From Eledone cirrhosa (taxonomy: Eukaryota): a stretch of DNA of 64,000 nt. Both the position numbers and the translations under genes were made by a program. The DNA lies in NCBI GenBank assembly GCA_964016885.1, contig OZ024743.1, positions 140,864,001 through 140,928,000 on the forward strand, given 5' to 3'. Under the pieces are notes generated by a model. That model worked only from the letters and a program-made list of their open reading frames with translations. It was not told the DNA's origin and searched no databases. Below are positions 1 to 13,300 of the stretch, in pieces; the first letter of the stretch is position 1; each line of letters begins with the position of its first letter.

Positions 1-1898
1 CTTGGTTCTTGGTGTTTGGTGCTTGGTGCTTGGTGTTTGGTGCTTGGTGCTTGGTGTTTGGTGCTTGGTGTTTGGTGCTTGGTGCTTGGTGCTTGGTGTT
101 TGTACTTGGTGCTTGGTGCTTGGTGTTTGGTTCTTGGTTCTTGGTGTTTGGTACTTGGTGCTTGGTGCTTGGTGCTTGATGTTTGGTGTTTGGTGGTTGG
201 TGTTTGGTGCTTGGTGCTTGGTGCTTGGTGTTAGGTGTTTGGTGCTTGGTCCTTGGTGTTTGGTGCTTGGTGTTTGGTGTTTGCTGTCTGCTTTTTGGTG
301 TTTAGTGTTTGCTGTATGGTGTTTGGTGTTTGCTGTTTGGTGTTTGGTCTTTGGTGCTTGGTGTTTGGTGCTTGGTGCTTGGTGTTTGGTGTTTGGTGCT
401 TGGTGCTTGGTGTTTGGTGTTATATGCTTGGTGTTTGATGCTTGGTGCTTGGTGCTTGGTGTTTGGTGTTTGGTGTTTGTACTTGGTGCTTGGTGCTTGG
501 TGCTTGGTGTTTGGTGCTTGGTGTTTGGTGCTTGGTGCTTGGTGCTTGGTGCTTGGTGCTTGGTGTTTGGTGGTTGGTGTTTGGTGCTTGGTGTTAGGTG
601 TTTGGTGCTTGCTGCTTGGTGTTTGGTGTTTGGTGCTTGGTGTTTGGTGTTTGGTGCTTGGTGTTTGGTGCTTGGTACTTGGTGCTTGGTGCTTGGTGTT
701 AGGTGTTTGGTGCTTGGTGTTTGGTGCTTGGTGTTTGGTGCTTGGTGCTTGGTGCTTGGTGCTTGGTGTTTGGTGGTTGGTGTTTGGTGCTTGGTGTTAG
801 GTGTTTGGTGCTTGGTGCTTGGTGTTTGGTGTTTGGTGCTTGGTGTTTGGTGTTTGGTGCTTGGTGTTTGGTGCTTTTTGCTTGGTGCTTGGTGCTTGGT
901 GTTTGGTGCTTGGTTCTTGGTGTTTGGTGCTGGGTGCTTGGTGTTTGGTGTTTGGTGTTTGGTGCTTGGTGTTAGGTGTTTGGTGCTTGGTGCTTGGTGT
1001 TTGGTGTTTGGTGCTTGGTGTTTGGTGTTTGGTGCTTGGTGTTTGGTGCTTGGTACTTGGTGCTTGGTGCTTGGTGTTAGGTGTTTGGTGCTTGGTGTTT
1101 GGTGCTTGGTGTTTGGTGCTTGGTGCTTGGTGCTTGGTGCTTGGTGTTTGGTGGTTGGTGTTTAGTGCTTGGTGTTAGTTGTTTGGTGCTTGGTGCTTGG
1201 TGTTTGGTGTTTGGTGCTTGGTGTTTGGTGTTTGGTGCTTGGTGTTTGGTGCTTTTTGCTTGGTGCTTGGTGCTTGGTGTTTGGTGCTTGGAGCTTGGTG
1301 TTTGGTGCTGGGTGCTTGGTGTTTGGTGTTTGGTGTTATATGCTTGGTGTTTGATGCTTGGTGCTTGGTGCTTGGTGTTTGGTGTTTGGTGCTTGGTGTT
1401 TGATGCTTGGTGCTTGGTGCTTGGTGTTTGGTGCTTGGTGCTTGGTGTTTGGTGCTTGGTGCTTGGTGTTTGGTGCTTGGTGTTTGGTGCTTGATGTTTG
1501 GTGCTTGGTGCTTGGTGCTTGGTGCTTGGTGTTTGGTGGTTGGTGCTTGGTGCTTGGTGTTAGGTGTTTGGTGCTTGGTGCTTGGTGTTTGGTGTTTGGT
1601 GCTTGGTGTTTGGTGTTTGGTGCTTGCTGCTGGCTGCTTGGTGTTTGGTGCTTGGTGATTGGTGCTTGGTGTTTGGTGCTTGGTGTTTGGTGTTTGGTGC
1701 TAGGTGCTTGGTGTTTGGTGCTTGGTGCTTGGTGTTTGTACTTGGTGCTTGGTGCTTGGTTCTTGGTGTTTGGTGCTTGGTGCTTGGTGTTTGGTGCTTG
1801 GTGCTTGGTGTTTGGTGCTTGATGTTTGGTGCTTGGTGTTTGGTGCTTGGTTCTTGGTGCTTGGTGTTTGGTGCTTGGTGTTTGGTGCTTGGTGTTAG

Positions 1899-4800
1899 GT
1901 GTTTGGTGCTTGGTGTTTGGTGCTTGGTACTTGGTGCTTGGTGCTTGGTGTTAGGTGTTTGGTGCTTGGTGTTTGGTGTCTGGTTTTTGGTGCTTGGTGC
2001 TTGGTGTTTGGTGCTTGCTGCTGGCTGCTTGGTGTTTGGTGCTTGGTGATTGGTGCTTGGTGTTTGGTGCTTGGTGTTTGGTGTTTGGTGCTAGATGCTT
2101 GGTGTTTGGTGCTTGGTGCTTGGTGTTTGTACTTGGTGCTTGGTGCTTGGTTCTTGGTGTTTGGTGCTTGGTGCTTGGTGTTTGGTGCTTGGTGCTTGGT
2201 GTTTGGTGCTTGGTGTTTGGTGCTTGGTGCTTGGTGCTTGGTGTTTGTACTTGGTGCTTGGTGCTTGGTGTTTGGTTCTTGGTTCTTGGTGTTTGGTACT
2301 TGGTGCTTGGTGCTTGGTGCTTGATGTTTGGTGTTTGGTGGTTGGTGTTTGGTGCTTGGTGCTTGGTGCTTGGTGTTAGGTGTTTGGTGCTTGGTCCTTG
2401 GTGTTTGGTGCTTGGTGTTTGGTGTTTGCTGTCTGCTTTTTGGTGTTTAGTGTTTGCTGTATGGTGTTTGGTGTTTGCTGTTTGGTGTTTGGTCTTTGGT
2501 GCTTGGTGTTTGGTGCTTGGTGCTTGGTGTTTGGTGTTTGGTGCTTGGTGCTTGGTGTTTGGTGTTATATGCTTGGTGTTTGATGCTTGGTGCTTGGTGC
2601 TTGGTGTTTGGTGTTTGGTGTTTGTACTTGGTGCTTGGTGCTTGGTGCTTGGTGTTTGGTGCTTGGTGTTTGGTGCTTGGTGCTTGGTGCTTGGTGCTTG
2701 GTGCTTGGTGTTTGGTGGTTGGTGTTTGGTGCTTGGTGTTAGGTGTTTGGTGCTTGGTGCTTGGTATTTGGTGTTTGGTGCTTGGTGTTTGGTGTTTGGT
2801 GCTTGGTGTTTGGTGCTTGGTACTTGGTGCTTGGTGCTTGGTGTTAGGTGTTTGGTGCTTGGTGTTTGGTGCTTGGTGTTTGGTGCTTGGTGCTTGGTGC
2901 TTGGTGCTTGGTGTTTGGTGGTTGGTGTTTGGTGCTTGGTGTTAGGTGTTTGGTGCTTGGTGCTTGGTGTTTGGTGTTTGGTGCTTGGTGTTTGGTGTTT
3001 GGTGCTTGGTGTTTGGTGCTTTTTGCTTGGTGCTTGGTGCTTGGTGTTTGGTGCTTGGTTCTTGGTGTTTGGTGCTGGGTGCTTGGTGTTTGGTGTTTGG
3101 TGTTATATGTTTGGTGTTTGATGCTTGGTGCTTGGTGCTTGGTGTTTGGTGTTTGGTGCTTGGTGTTTGATGCTTGGTGCTTGGTGCTTGGTGTTTGGTG
3201 CTTGGTGCTTGGTGTTTGGTGCTTGGTGCTTGGTGTTTGGTGTTTGGTGCTTGGTGTTTGGTGCTTGGTGCTTGGTGCTTGGTGCTTGGTGTTTGGTGGT
3301 TGGTGCTTGGTGCTTGGTGTGAGTGTTTGGTGCTTGGTGCTTGGTGTTTGGTGTTTGGTGCTTGGTGTTTGGTGTTTGGTGCTTGGTGTTTGGTGCTTGG
3401 TACTTGGTGCTTGGTGCTTGGTGTTAGGTGTTTGGTGCTTGGTGTTTGGTGTCTGGTTTTTGGTGCTTGGTGCTTGGTGTTTGGTGCTTGCTGCTGGCTG
3501 CTTGGTGTTTGGTGCCTGGTGATTGGTGCTTGGTGTTTGGTGCTTGGTGTTTGGTGTTTGGTGCTAGGTGCTTGGTGTTTGGTTCTTGGTGCTTGGTGTT
3601 TGTACTTGGTGCTTGGTGCTTGGTTCTTGGTGTTTGGTGCTTGGTGCTTGGTGTTTGGTGCTTGGTGCTTGGTGTTTGGTGCTTGGTGTTTGGTGCTTGG
3701 TGTTTGGTGCTTGGTGCTTGGTGCTTGGTGTTTGGTGCCTGGTGTTTGGTGCTTGGTGTTAGGTGTTTGGTGCTTGGTGCTTGGTGTTAGGTGTTTGGTG
3801 CTTGGTGTTTGGTGCTTGGTGTTTGGTGCTTGGTGCTTGGTGCTTGGTGCTTGGTGTTTGGTGGTTGGTGTTTGGTGCTTGGTGTTAGGTGTTTGGTGCT
3901 TGGTGCTTGGTGTTTGGTGTTTGGTACTTGGTGTTTGGTGTTTGGTGCTTGGTGTTTGGTGCTGGGTGCTTGGTGTTTGGTGTTTGGTGTTATATGCTTG
4001 GTGTTTGATGCTTGGTGCTTGGTGCTTGGTGTTTGGTGTTTGGTGCTTGGTGTTTGATGCTTGGTGCTTGGTGCTTGGTGTTTGGTAATTGGTGCTTGGT
4101 GTTTGGTGCTTGGTGCTTGGTGTTTGGTGCTTGGTGTTTGGTGCTTGGTGTTTGGTGCTTCGTGCTTGGTGCTTGGTGCTTGGTGTTTGGTGGTTGGTGC
4201 TTGGTGCTTGGTGTTTGGTGTTTGGTGCTTGGTGTTTGGTGTTTGGTGCTTGGTGTTTGGTGCTTGGTACTTGGTGCTTGGTGCTTGGTGTTAGGTGTTT
4301 GGTGCTTGGTGTTTGGTGTCTGGTTTTTGGTGCTTGGTGCTTGGTGTTTGGTGCTTGCTGCTGGCTGCTTGGTGTTTTGTGCTTGGTGATTGGTGCTTGG
4401 TGTTTGGTGCTTGGTGTTTGGTGTTTGGTGCTAGGTGCTTGGTGTTTGGTGCTTGGTGCTTGGTGTTTGTACTTGGTGCTTGGTGCTTGGTTCTTGGTGT
4501 TTGGTGCTTGGTGCTTGGTGTTTGGTGCTTGGTGCTTGGTGTTTGGTGCTTGGTGTTTGGTGCTTGGTGTTTGGTGCTTGGTTCTTGGTGCTTGGTGTTT
4601 GGTGCTTGGTGTTTGGTGCTTGGTGTTAGGTGTTTGGTGCTTGGTGTTTGGTGCTTGGTACTTGGTGCTTGGTGCTTGGTGTTAGGTGTTTGGTGCTTGG
4701 TGTTTGGTGTCTGGTTTTTGGTGCTTGGTGCTTGGTGTTTGGTGCTTGCTGCTGGCTGCTTGGTGTTTGGTGCTTGGTGATTGGTGCTTGGTGTTTGGTG

Positions 4801-7346
4801 CTTGGTGTTTGGTGTTTGGTGCTAGATGCTTGGTGTTTGGTGCTTGGTGCTTGGTGTTTGTACTTGGTGCTTGGTGCTTGGTTCTTGGTGTTTGGTGCTT
4901 GGTGCTTGGTGTTTGGTGCTTGGTGCTTGGTGTTTGGTGCTTGGTGTTTGGTGCTTGGTGCTTGGTGCTTGGTGTTTGTACTTGGTGCTTGGTGCTTGGT
5001 GTTTGTTTCTTGGTTCTTGGTGTTTGGTACTTGGTGCTTGGTGCTTGGTGCTTGATGTTTGGTGTTTGGTGGTTGGTGTTTGGTGCTTGGTGCTTGGTGC
5101 TTGGTGTTAGGTGTTTGGTGCTTGGTCCTTGGTGTTTGGTGCTTGGTGTTTGGTGTTTGCTGTCTGCTTTTTGGTGTTTAGTGTTTGCTGTATGGTGTTT
5201 GGTGTTTGCTGTTTGGTGTTTGGTCTTTGGTGCTTGGTGTTTGGTGCTTGGTGCTTGGTGTTTGGTGTTTGGTGCTTGGTGCTTGGTGTTTGGTGTTATA
5301 TGCTTGGTGTTTGATGCTTGGTGCTTGGTGCTTGGTGTTTGGTGTTTGGTGTTTGTACTTGGTGCTTGGTGCTTGGTGCTTGGTGTTTGGTGCTTGGTGT
5401 TTGGTGCTTGGTGCTTGGTGCTTGGTGCTTGGTGCTTGGTGTTTGGTGGTTGGTGTTTGGTGCTTGGTGTTAGGTGTTTGGTGCTTGGTGCTTGGTATTT
5501 GGTGTTTGGTGCTTGGTGTTTGGTGTTTGGTGCTTGGTGTTTGGTGCTTGGTACTTGGTGCTTGGTGCTTGGTGTTAGGTGTTTGGTGCTTGGTGTTTGG
5601 TGCTTGGTGTTTGGTGCTTGGTGCTTGGTGCTTGGTGCTTGGTGTTTGGTGGTTGGTGTTTGGTGCTTGGTGTTAGGTGTTTGGTGCTTGGTGCTTGGTG
5701 TTTGGTGTTTGGTGCTTGGTGTTTGGTGTTTGGTGCTTGGTGTTTGGTGCTTTTTGCTTGGTGCTTGGTGCTTGGTGTTTGGTGCTTGGTTCTTGGTGTT
5801 TGGTGCTGGGTGCTTGGTGTTTGGTGTTTGGTGTTATATGTTTGGTGTTTGATGCTTGGTGCTTGGTGCTTGGTGTTTGGTGTTTGGTGCTTGGTGTTTG
5901 ATGCTTGGTGCTTGGTGCTTGGTGTTTGGTGCTTGGTGCTTGGTGTTTGGTGCTTGGTGCTTGGTGTTTGGTGTTTGGTGCTTGGTGTTTGGTGCTTGGT
6001 GCTTGGTGCTTGGTGCTTGGTGTTTGGTGGTTGGTGCTTGGTGCTTGGTGTGAGTGTTTGGTGCTTGGTGCTTGGTGTTTGGTGTTTGGTGCTTGGTGTT
6101 TGGTGTTTGGTGCTTGGTGTTTGGTGCTTGGTACTTGGTGCTTGGTGCTTGGTGTTAGGTGTTTGGTGCTTGGTGTTTGGTGTCTGGTTTTTGGTGCTTG
6201 GTGCTTGGTGTTTGGTGCTTGCTGCTGGCTGCTTGGTGTTTGGTGCCTGGTGATTGGTGCTTGGTGTTTGGTGCTTGGTGTTTGGTGTTTGGTGCTAGGT
6301 GCTTGGTGTTTGGTTCTTGGTGCTTGGTGTTTGTACTTGGTGCTTGGTGCTTGGTTCTTGGTGTTTGGTGCTTGGTGCTTGGTGTTTGGTGCTTGGTGCT
6401 TGGTGTTTGGTGCTTGGTGTTTGGTGCTTGGTGCTTGGTGCTTGGTGTTTGGTGCCTGGTGTTTGGTGCTTGGTGTTAGGTGTTTGGTGCTTGGTGCTTG
6501 GTGTTAGGTGTTTGGTGCTTGGTGTTTGGTGCTTGGTGTTTGGTGCTTGGTGCTTGGTGCTTGGTGCTTGGTGTTTGGTGGTTGGTGTTTGGTGCTTGGT
6601 GTTAGGTGTTTGGTGCTTGGTGCTTGGTGTTTGGTGTTTGGTACTTGGTGTTTGGTGTTTGGTGCTTGGTGTTTGGTGCTGGGTGCTTGGTGTTTGGTGT
6701 TTGGTGTTATATGCTTGGTGTTTGATGCTTGGTGCTTGGTGCTTGGTGTTTGGTGTTTGGTGCTTGGTGTTTGATGCTTGGTGCTTGGTGCTTGGTGTTT
6801 GGTAATTGGTGCTTGGTGTTTGGTGCTTGGTGCTTGGTGTTTGGTGCTTGGTGTTTGGTGCTTGGTGTTTGGTGCTTCGTGCTTGGTGCTTGGTGCTTGG
6901 TGTTTGGTGGTTGGTGCTTGGTGCTTGGTGTTTGGTGTTTGGTGCTTGGTGTTTGGTGTTTGGTGCTTGGTGTTTGGTGCTTGGTACTTGGTGCTTGGTG
7001 CTTGGTGTTAGGTGTTTGGTGCTTGGTGTTTGGTGTCTGGTTTTTGGTGCTTGGTGCTTGGTGTTTGGTGCTTGCTGCTGGCTGCTTGGTGTTTTGTGCT
7101 TGGTGATTGGTGCTTGGTGTTTGGTGCTTGGTGTTTGGTGTTTGGTGCTAGGTGCTTGGTGTTTGGTGCTTGGTGCTTGGTGTTTGTACTTGGTGCTTGG
7201 TGCTTGGTTCTTGGTGTTTGGTGCTTGGTGCTTGGTGTTTGGTGCTTGGTGCTTGGTGTTTGGTGCTTGGTGTTTGGTGCTTGGTGTTTGGTGCTTGGTT
7301 CTTGGTGCTTGGTGTTTGGTGCTTGGTGTTTGGTGCTTGGTGTTAG
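1899..7346 (+). repeat. Two tandem HOR units of 2731 bp (1899-4629) and 2717 bp (4630-7346)
   Basis: Matching ORF starts at 1899/4630/7347 and 2380/5111/7828. Private markers GAGTGT (about 3321/6052), GGTAATT (about 4084/6801) and GCTTCGTG recur in register. 2731 = 391 monomers with six 6-bp monomers. The second unit is 14 bp (2 monomers) shorter. Confidence 0.9.
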
Positions 7347-10300
7347 GTGTTTGGTGCTTGGTGTTTGGTGCTTGGTACTTGGTGCTTGGTGCTTGGTGTT
7401 AGGTGTTTGGTGCTTGGTGTTTGGTGTCTGGTTTTTGGTGCTTGGTGCTTGGTGTTTGGTGCTTGCTGCTGGCTGCTTGGTGTTTGGTGCTTGGTGATTG
7501 GTGCTTGGTGTTTGGTGCTTGGTGTTTGGTGTTTGGTGCTAGATGCTTGGTGTTTGGTGCTTGGTGCTTGGTGTTTGTACTTGGTGCTTGGTGCTTGGTT
7601 CTTGGTGTTTGGTGCTTGGTGCTTGGTGTTTGGTGCTTGGTGCTTGGTGTTTGGTGCTTGGTGTTTGGTGCTTGGTGCTTGGTGCTTGGTGTTTGTACTT
7701 GGTGCTTGGTGCTTGGTGTTTGGTTCTTGGTTCTTGGTGTTTGGTACTTGGTGCTTGGTGCTTGGTGCTTGATGTTTGGTGTTTGGTGGTTGGTGTTTGG
7801 TGCTTGGTGCTTGGTGCTTGGTGTTAGGTGTTTGGTGCTTGGTCCTTGGTGTTTGGTGCTTGGTGTTTGGTGTTTGCTGTCTGCTTTTTGGTGTTTAGTG
7901 TTTGCTGTATGGTGTTTGGTGTTTGCTGTTTGGTGTTTGGTCTTTGGTGCTTGGTGTTTGGTGCTCGGTGCTTGGTGTTTGGTGTTTGGTGCTTGGTGCT
8001 TGGTGTTTGGTGTTATATGCTTGGTGTTTGATGCTTGGTGCTTGGTGCTTGGTGTTTGGTGTTTGGTGTTTGTACTTGGTGCTTGGTGCTTGGTGCTTGG
8101 TGTTTGGTGCTTGGTGTTTGGTGCTTGGTGCTTGGTGCTTGGTGCTTGGTGCTTGGTGTTTGGTGGTTGGTGTTTGGTGCTTGGTGTTAGGTGTTTGGTG
8201 CTTGGTGCTTGGTGTTTGGTGTTTGGTGCTTGGTGTTTGGTGTTTGGTGCTTGGTGTTTGGTGCTTGGTACTTGGTGCTTGGTGCTTGGTGTTAGGTGTT
8301 TGGTGCCTGGTGTTTGGTGCTTGGTGTTTGGTGCTTGGTGCTTGGTGCTTGGTGCTTGGTGTTTGGTGTTTGGTGTTTGGTGCTTGGTGTTAGGTGTTTG
8401 GTGCTTGGTGCTTGGTGTTTGGTGTTTGGTGCTTGGTGTTTGGTGTTTGGTGCTTGGTGTTTGGTGCTTTTTGCTTGGTTCTTGATGCTTGGTGTTTGGT
8501 GCTTGGTTCTTGGTGTTTGGTGCTGGGTGCTTGGTGTTTGGTGTTTGGTGTTATATGCTTGGTGTTTGATGCTTGGTGCTTGGTGCTTGGTGTTTGGTGT
8601 TTGGTGCTTGGTGTTTGATGCTTGGTGCTTGGTGCTTGGTGTTTGGTGCTTGGTGCTTGGTGTTTGGTGCTTGGTGCTTGGTGTTTGGTGTTTGGTGCTT
8701 GGTGTTTGGTGCTTGGTGCTTGGTGCTTGGTGCTTGGTGTTTGGTGGTTGGTGCTTGGTGCTTGGTGTTAGGTGTTTGGTGCTTGGTGCTTGGTGTTTGG
8801 TGTTTGGTGCTTGGTGTTTGGTGTTTGGTGCTTGGTGTTTGGTGCTTGGTACTTGGTGCTTGGTGCTTGGTGTTAGGTGTTTGGTACTTGGTGTTTGGTG
8901 TCTGGTTTTTGGTGCTTGGTGCTTGGTGTTTGGTGCTTGCTGCTGGCTGCTTGGTGTTTGGTGCCTGGTGATTGGTGCTTGGTGTTTGGTGCTTGGTGTT
9001 TGGTGTTTGGTGCTAGGTGCTTGGTGTTTGGTTCTTGGTGCTTGGTGTTTGTACTTGGTGCTTGGTGCTTGGTTCTTGGTGTTTGGTGCTTGGTGCTTGG
9101 TGTTTGGTGCTTGGTGCTTGGTGTTTGGTGCTTGGTGTTTGGTGCTTGGTGTTTGGTGCTTGGTGCTTGGTGCTTGGTGTTTGGTGCCTGGTGTTTGGTG
9201 CTTGGTGTTAGGTGTTTGGTGCTTGGTGCTTGGTGTTAGGTGTTTGGTGCTTGGTGTTTGGTGCTTGGTGTTTGGTGCTTGGTGCTTGGTGCTTGGTGCT
9301 TGGTGTTTGGTGGTTGGTGTTTGGTGCTTGGTGTTAGGTGTTTGGTGCTTGGTGCTTGGTGTTTGGTGTTTGGTACTTGGTGTTTGGTGTTTGGTGCTTG
9401 GTGTTTGGTGCTTTTTGCTTGGTGCTTGGTGCTTGGTGTTTGGTGCTTGGTGCTTGGTGTTTGGTGCTGGGTGCTTGGTGTTTGGTGTTTGGTGTTATAT
9501 GCTTGGTGTTTGATGCTTGGTGCTTGGTGCTTGGTGTTTGGTGTTTGGTGCTTGGTGTTTGATGCTTGGTGCTTGGTGTTGGTGTTTGGTAATTGGTGCT
9601 TGGTGTTTGGTGCTTGGTGCTTGGTGTTTGGTGCTTGGTGTTTGGTGCTTGGTGTTTGGTGCTTCGTGCTTGGTGCTTGGTGCTTGGTGTTTGGTGCTTG
9701 GTGCTTGGTGCTTGGTGTTAGGTGTTTGGTGCTTGGTGCTTGGTGTTTGGTGTTTGGTGCTTGGTGTTTGGTGTTTGGTGCTTGGTGTTTGGTGCTTGGT
9801 ACTTGGTGCTTGGTGCTTGGTGTTAGGTGTTTGGTGCTTGGTGTTTGGTGTCTGGTTTTTTGGTGCTTGGTGCTTGGTGTTTGATGCTTGCTGCTGGCTG
9901 CTTGGTGTTTTGTGCTTGGTGATTGGTGCTTGGTGTTTGGTGCTTGGTGTTTGGTGTTTGGTGCTAGGTGCTTGGTGTTTGGTGCTTGGTGCTTGGTGTT
10001 TGTACTTGGTGCTTGGTGCTTGGTTCTTGGTGTTTGGTGCTTGGTGCTTGGTGCTTGGTGCTTGGTGTTTGTACTTGGTGCTTGGTGCTTGGTGCTTGGT
10101 GTTTGGTGCTTGGTTCTTGGTGCTTGGTGTTTGGTGCTTGGTGTTTGGTGCTTGGTGTTAGGTGTTTGGTGCTTGGTGTTTGGTGCTTGGTACTTGGTGC
10201 TTGGTGCTTGGTGTTAGGTGTTTGGTGCTTGGTGTTTGGTGTCTGGTTTTTGGTGCTTGGTGCTTGGTGTTTGGTGCTTGCTGCTGGCTGCTTGGTGTTT

Positions 10301-13300
10301 GGTGCTTGGTGATTGGTGCTTGGTGTTTGGTGCTTGGTGTTTGGTGTTTGGTGCTAGATGCTTGGTGTTTGGTGCTTGGTGCTTGGTGTTTGTACTTGGT
10401 GCTTGGTGCTTGGTTCTTGGTGTTTGGTGCTTGGTGCTTGGTGGTTGGTGTTTGGTGCTTGGTGCTTGGTGCTTGGTGTTAGGTGTTTGGTGCTTGGTCC
10501 TTGGTGTTTGGTGCTTGGTGTTTGGTGTTTGCTGTCTGCTTTTTGGTGTTTAGTGTTTGCTGTATGGTGTTTGGTGTTTGCTGTTTGGTGTTTGGTCTTT
10601 GGTGCTTGGTGTTTGGTGCTTGGTGCTTGGTGTTTGGTGTTTGGTGCTTGGTGCTTGGTGTTTGGTGTTATATGCTTGGTGTTTGATGCTTGGTGCTTGG
10701 TGCTTGGTGTTTGGTGTTTGGTGTTTGTACTTGGTGCTTGGTGCTTGGTGCTTGGTGTTTGGTGCTTGGTGTTTGGTGCTTGGTGCTTGGTGCTTGGTGC
10801 TTGGTGCTTGGTGTTTGGTGGTTGGTGTTTGGTGCTTGGTGTTAGGTGTTTGGTGCTTGGTGCTTGGTGTTTGGTGTTTGGTGCTTGGTGTTTGGTGTTT
10901 GGTGCTTGGTGTTTGGTGCTTGGTACTTGGTGCTTGGTGCTTGGTGTTAGGTGTTTGGTGCTTGGTGTTTGGTGCTTGGTGTTTGGTGCTTGGTGCTTGG
11001 TGCTTGGTGCTTGGTGTTTGGTGGTTGGTGTTTGGTGCTTGGTGTTAGGTGTTTGGTGCTTGGTGCTTGGTGTTTGGTGTTTGGTGCTTGGTGTTTGGTG
11101 CTTTTTGCTTGGTGCTTGGTGCTTGGTGTTTGGTGCTTGGTTCTTGGTGTTTGGTGCTGGGTGCTTGGTGTTTGGTGTTTGGTGTTATATGCTTGGTGTT
11201 TGGTGCTTGGTGATTGGTGCTTGGTGTTTGGTGCTTGGTGTTTGGTGTTTGGTGCTAGGTGCTTGGTGTTTGGTGCTTGGTGCTTGGTGTTTGTACTTGG
11301 TGCTTGGTGCTTGGTTCTTGGTGTTTGGTGCTTGGTGCTTGGTGTTTGGTGCTTGGTGCTTGGTGTTTGGTGCTTGGTGTTTGGTGCTTGGTGTTTGGTG
11401 CTTGGTTCTTGGTGCTTGGTGTTTGGTGCTTGGTGTTTGGTGCTTGGTGTTAGGTGTTTGGTGCTTGGTGTTTGGTGCTTGGTACTTGGTGCTTGGTGCT
11501 TGGTGTTAGGTGTTTGGTGCTTGGTGTTTGGTGTCTGGTTTTTGGTGCTTGGTGCTTGGTGTTTGGTGCTTGCTGCTGGCTGCTTGGTGTTTGGTGCTTG
11601 GTGATTGGTGCTTGGTGTTTGGTGCTTGGTGTTTGGTGTTTGGTGCTAGATGCTTGGTGTTTGGTGCTTGGTGCTTGGTGTTTGTACTTGGTGCTTGGTG
11701 CTTGGTTCTTGGTGTTTGGTGCTTGGTGCTTGGTGTTTGGTGCTTGGTGCTTGGTGTTTGGTGCTTGGTGTTTGGTGCTTGGTGCTTGGTGCTTGGTGTT
11801 TGTACTTGGTGCTTGGTGCTTGGTGTTTGGTTCTTGGTTCTTGGTGTTTGGTACTTGGTGCTTGGTGCTTGGTGCTTGATGTTTGGTGTTTGGTGGTTGG
11901 TGTTTGGTGCTTGGTGCTTGGTGCTTGGTGTTAGGTGTTTGGTGCTTGGTCCTTGGTGTTTGGTGCTTGGTGTTTGGTGTTTGCTGTCTGCTTTTTGGTG
12001 TTTAGTGTTTGCTGTATGGTGTTTGGTGTTTGCTGTTTGGTGTTTGGTCTTTGGTGCTTGGTGTTTGGTGCTTGGTGCTTGGTGTTTGGTGTTTGGTGCT
12101 TGGTGCTTGGTGTTTGGTGTTATATGCTTGGTGTTTGATGCTTGGTGCTTGGTGCTTGGTGTTTGGTGTTTGGTGTTTGTACTTGGTGCTTGGTGCTTGG
12201 TGCTTGGTGTTTGGTGCTTGGTGTTTGGTGCTTGGTGCTTGGTGCTTGGTGCTTGGTGCTTGGTGTTTGGTGGTTGGTGTTTGGTGCTTGGTGTTAGGTG
12301 TTTGGTGCTTGGTGCTTGGTGTTTGGTGTTTGGTGCTTGGTGTTTGGTGTTTGGTGCTTGGTGTTTGGTGCTTGGTACTTGGTGCTTGGTGCTTGGTGTT
12401 AGGTGTTTGGTGCCTGGTGTTTGGTGCTTGGTGTTTGGTGCTTGGTGCTTGGTGCTTGGTGCTTGGTGTTTGGTGGTTGGTGTTTGGTGCTTGGTGTTAG
12501 GTGTTTGGTGCTTGGTGCTTGGTGTTTGGTGTTTGGTGCTTGGTGTTTGGTGTTTGGTGCTTGGTGTTTGGTGCTTTTTGCTTGGTTCTTGATGCTTGGT
12601 GTTTGGTGCTTGGTTCTTGGTGTTTGGTGCTGGGTGCTTGGTGTTTGGTGTTTGGTGTTATATGCTTGGTGTTTGATGCTTGGTGCTTGGTGCTTGGTGT
12701 TTGGTGTTTGGTGCTTGGTGTTTGATGCTTGGTGCTTGGTGCTTGGTGTTTGGTGCTTGGTGCTTGGTGTTTGGTGCTTGGTGCTTGGTGTTTGGTGTTT
12801 GGTGCTTGGTGTTTGGTGCTTGGTGCTTGGTGCTTGGTGCTTGGTGTTTGGTGGTTGGTGCTTGGTGCTTGGTGTTAGGTGTTTGGTGCTTGGTGCTTGG
12901 TGTTTGGTGTTTGGTGCTTGGTGTTTGGTGTTTGGTGCTTGGTGTTTGGTGCTTGGTACTTGGTGCTTGGTGCTTGGTGTTAGGTGTTTGGTGCTTGGTG
13001 TTTGGTGTCTGGTTTTTGGTGCTTGGTGCTTGGTGTTTGGTGCTTGCTGCTGGCTGCTTGGTGTCTGGTGCCTGGTGATTGGTGCTTGGTGTTTGGTGCT
13101 TGGTGTTTGGTGTTTGGTGCTAGGTGCTTGGTGTTTGGTTCTTGGTGCTTGGTGTTTGTACTTGGTGCTTGGTGCTTGGTTCTTGGTGTTTGGTGCTTGG
13201 TGCTTGGTGTTTGGTGCTTGGTGCTTGGTGTTTGGTGCTTGGTGTTTGGTGCTTGGTGTTTGGTGCTTGGTACTTGGTGCTTGGTGTTTGGTGCCTGGTG

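Noticed and set aside
231-235. Frequent TTAGG pentamers resembling the arthropod telomere repeat
   Set aside because: They are always isolated, never tandem, and arise from a single T-to-A change in TTTGG.
420-427. TTATATGC as a TATA-like promoter element (many copies)
   Set aside because: It is a variant monomer propagated by duplication, with no downstream gene or other promoter context.
9851-9863. Single extra T (TCTGG-T6-GG instead of T5)
   Set aside because: A lone homopolymer insertion absent from the paralogous copy near 13.96 kb; as likely a sequencing or consensus error as a real variant.
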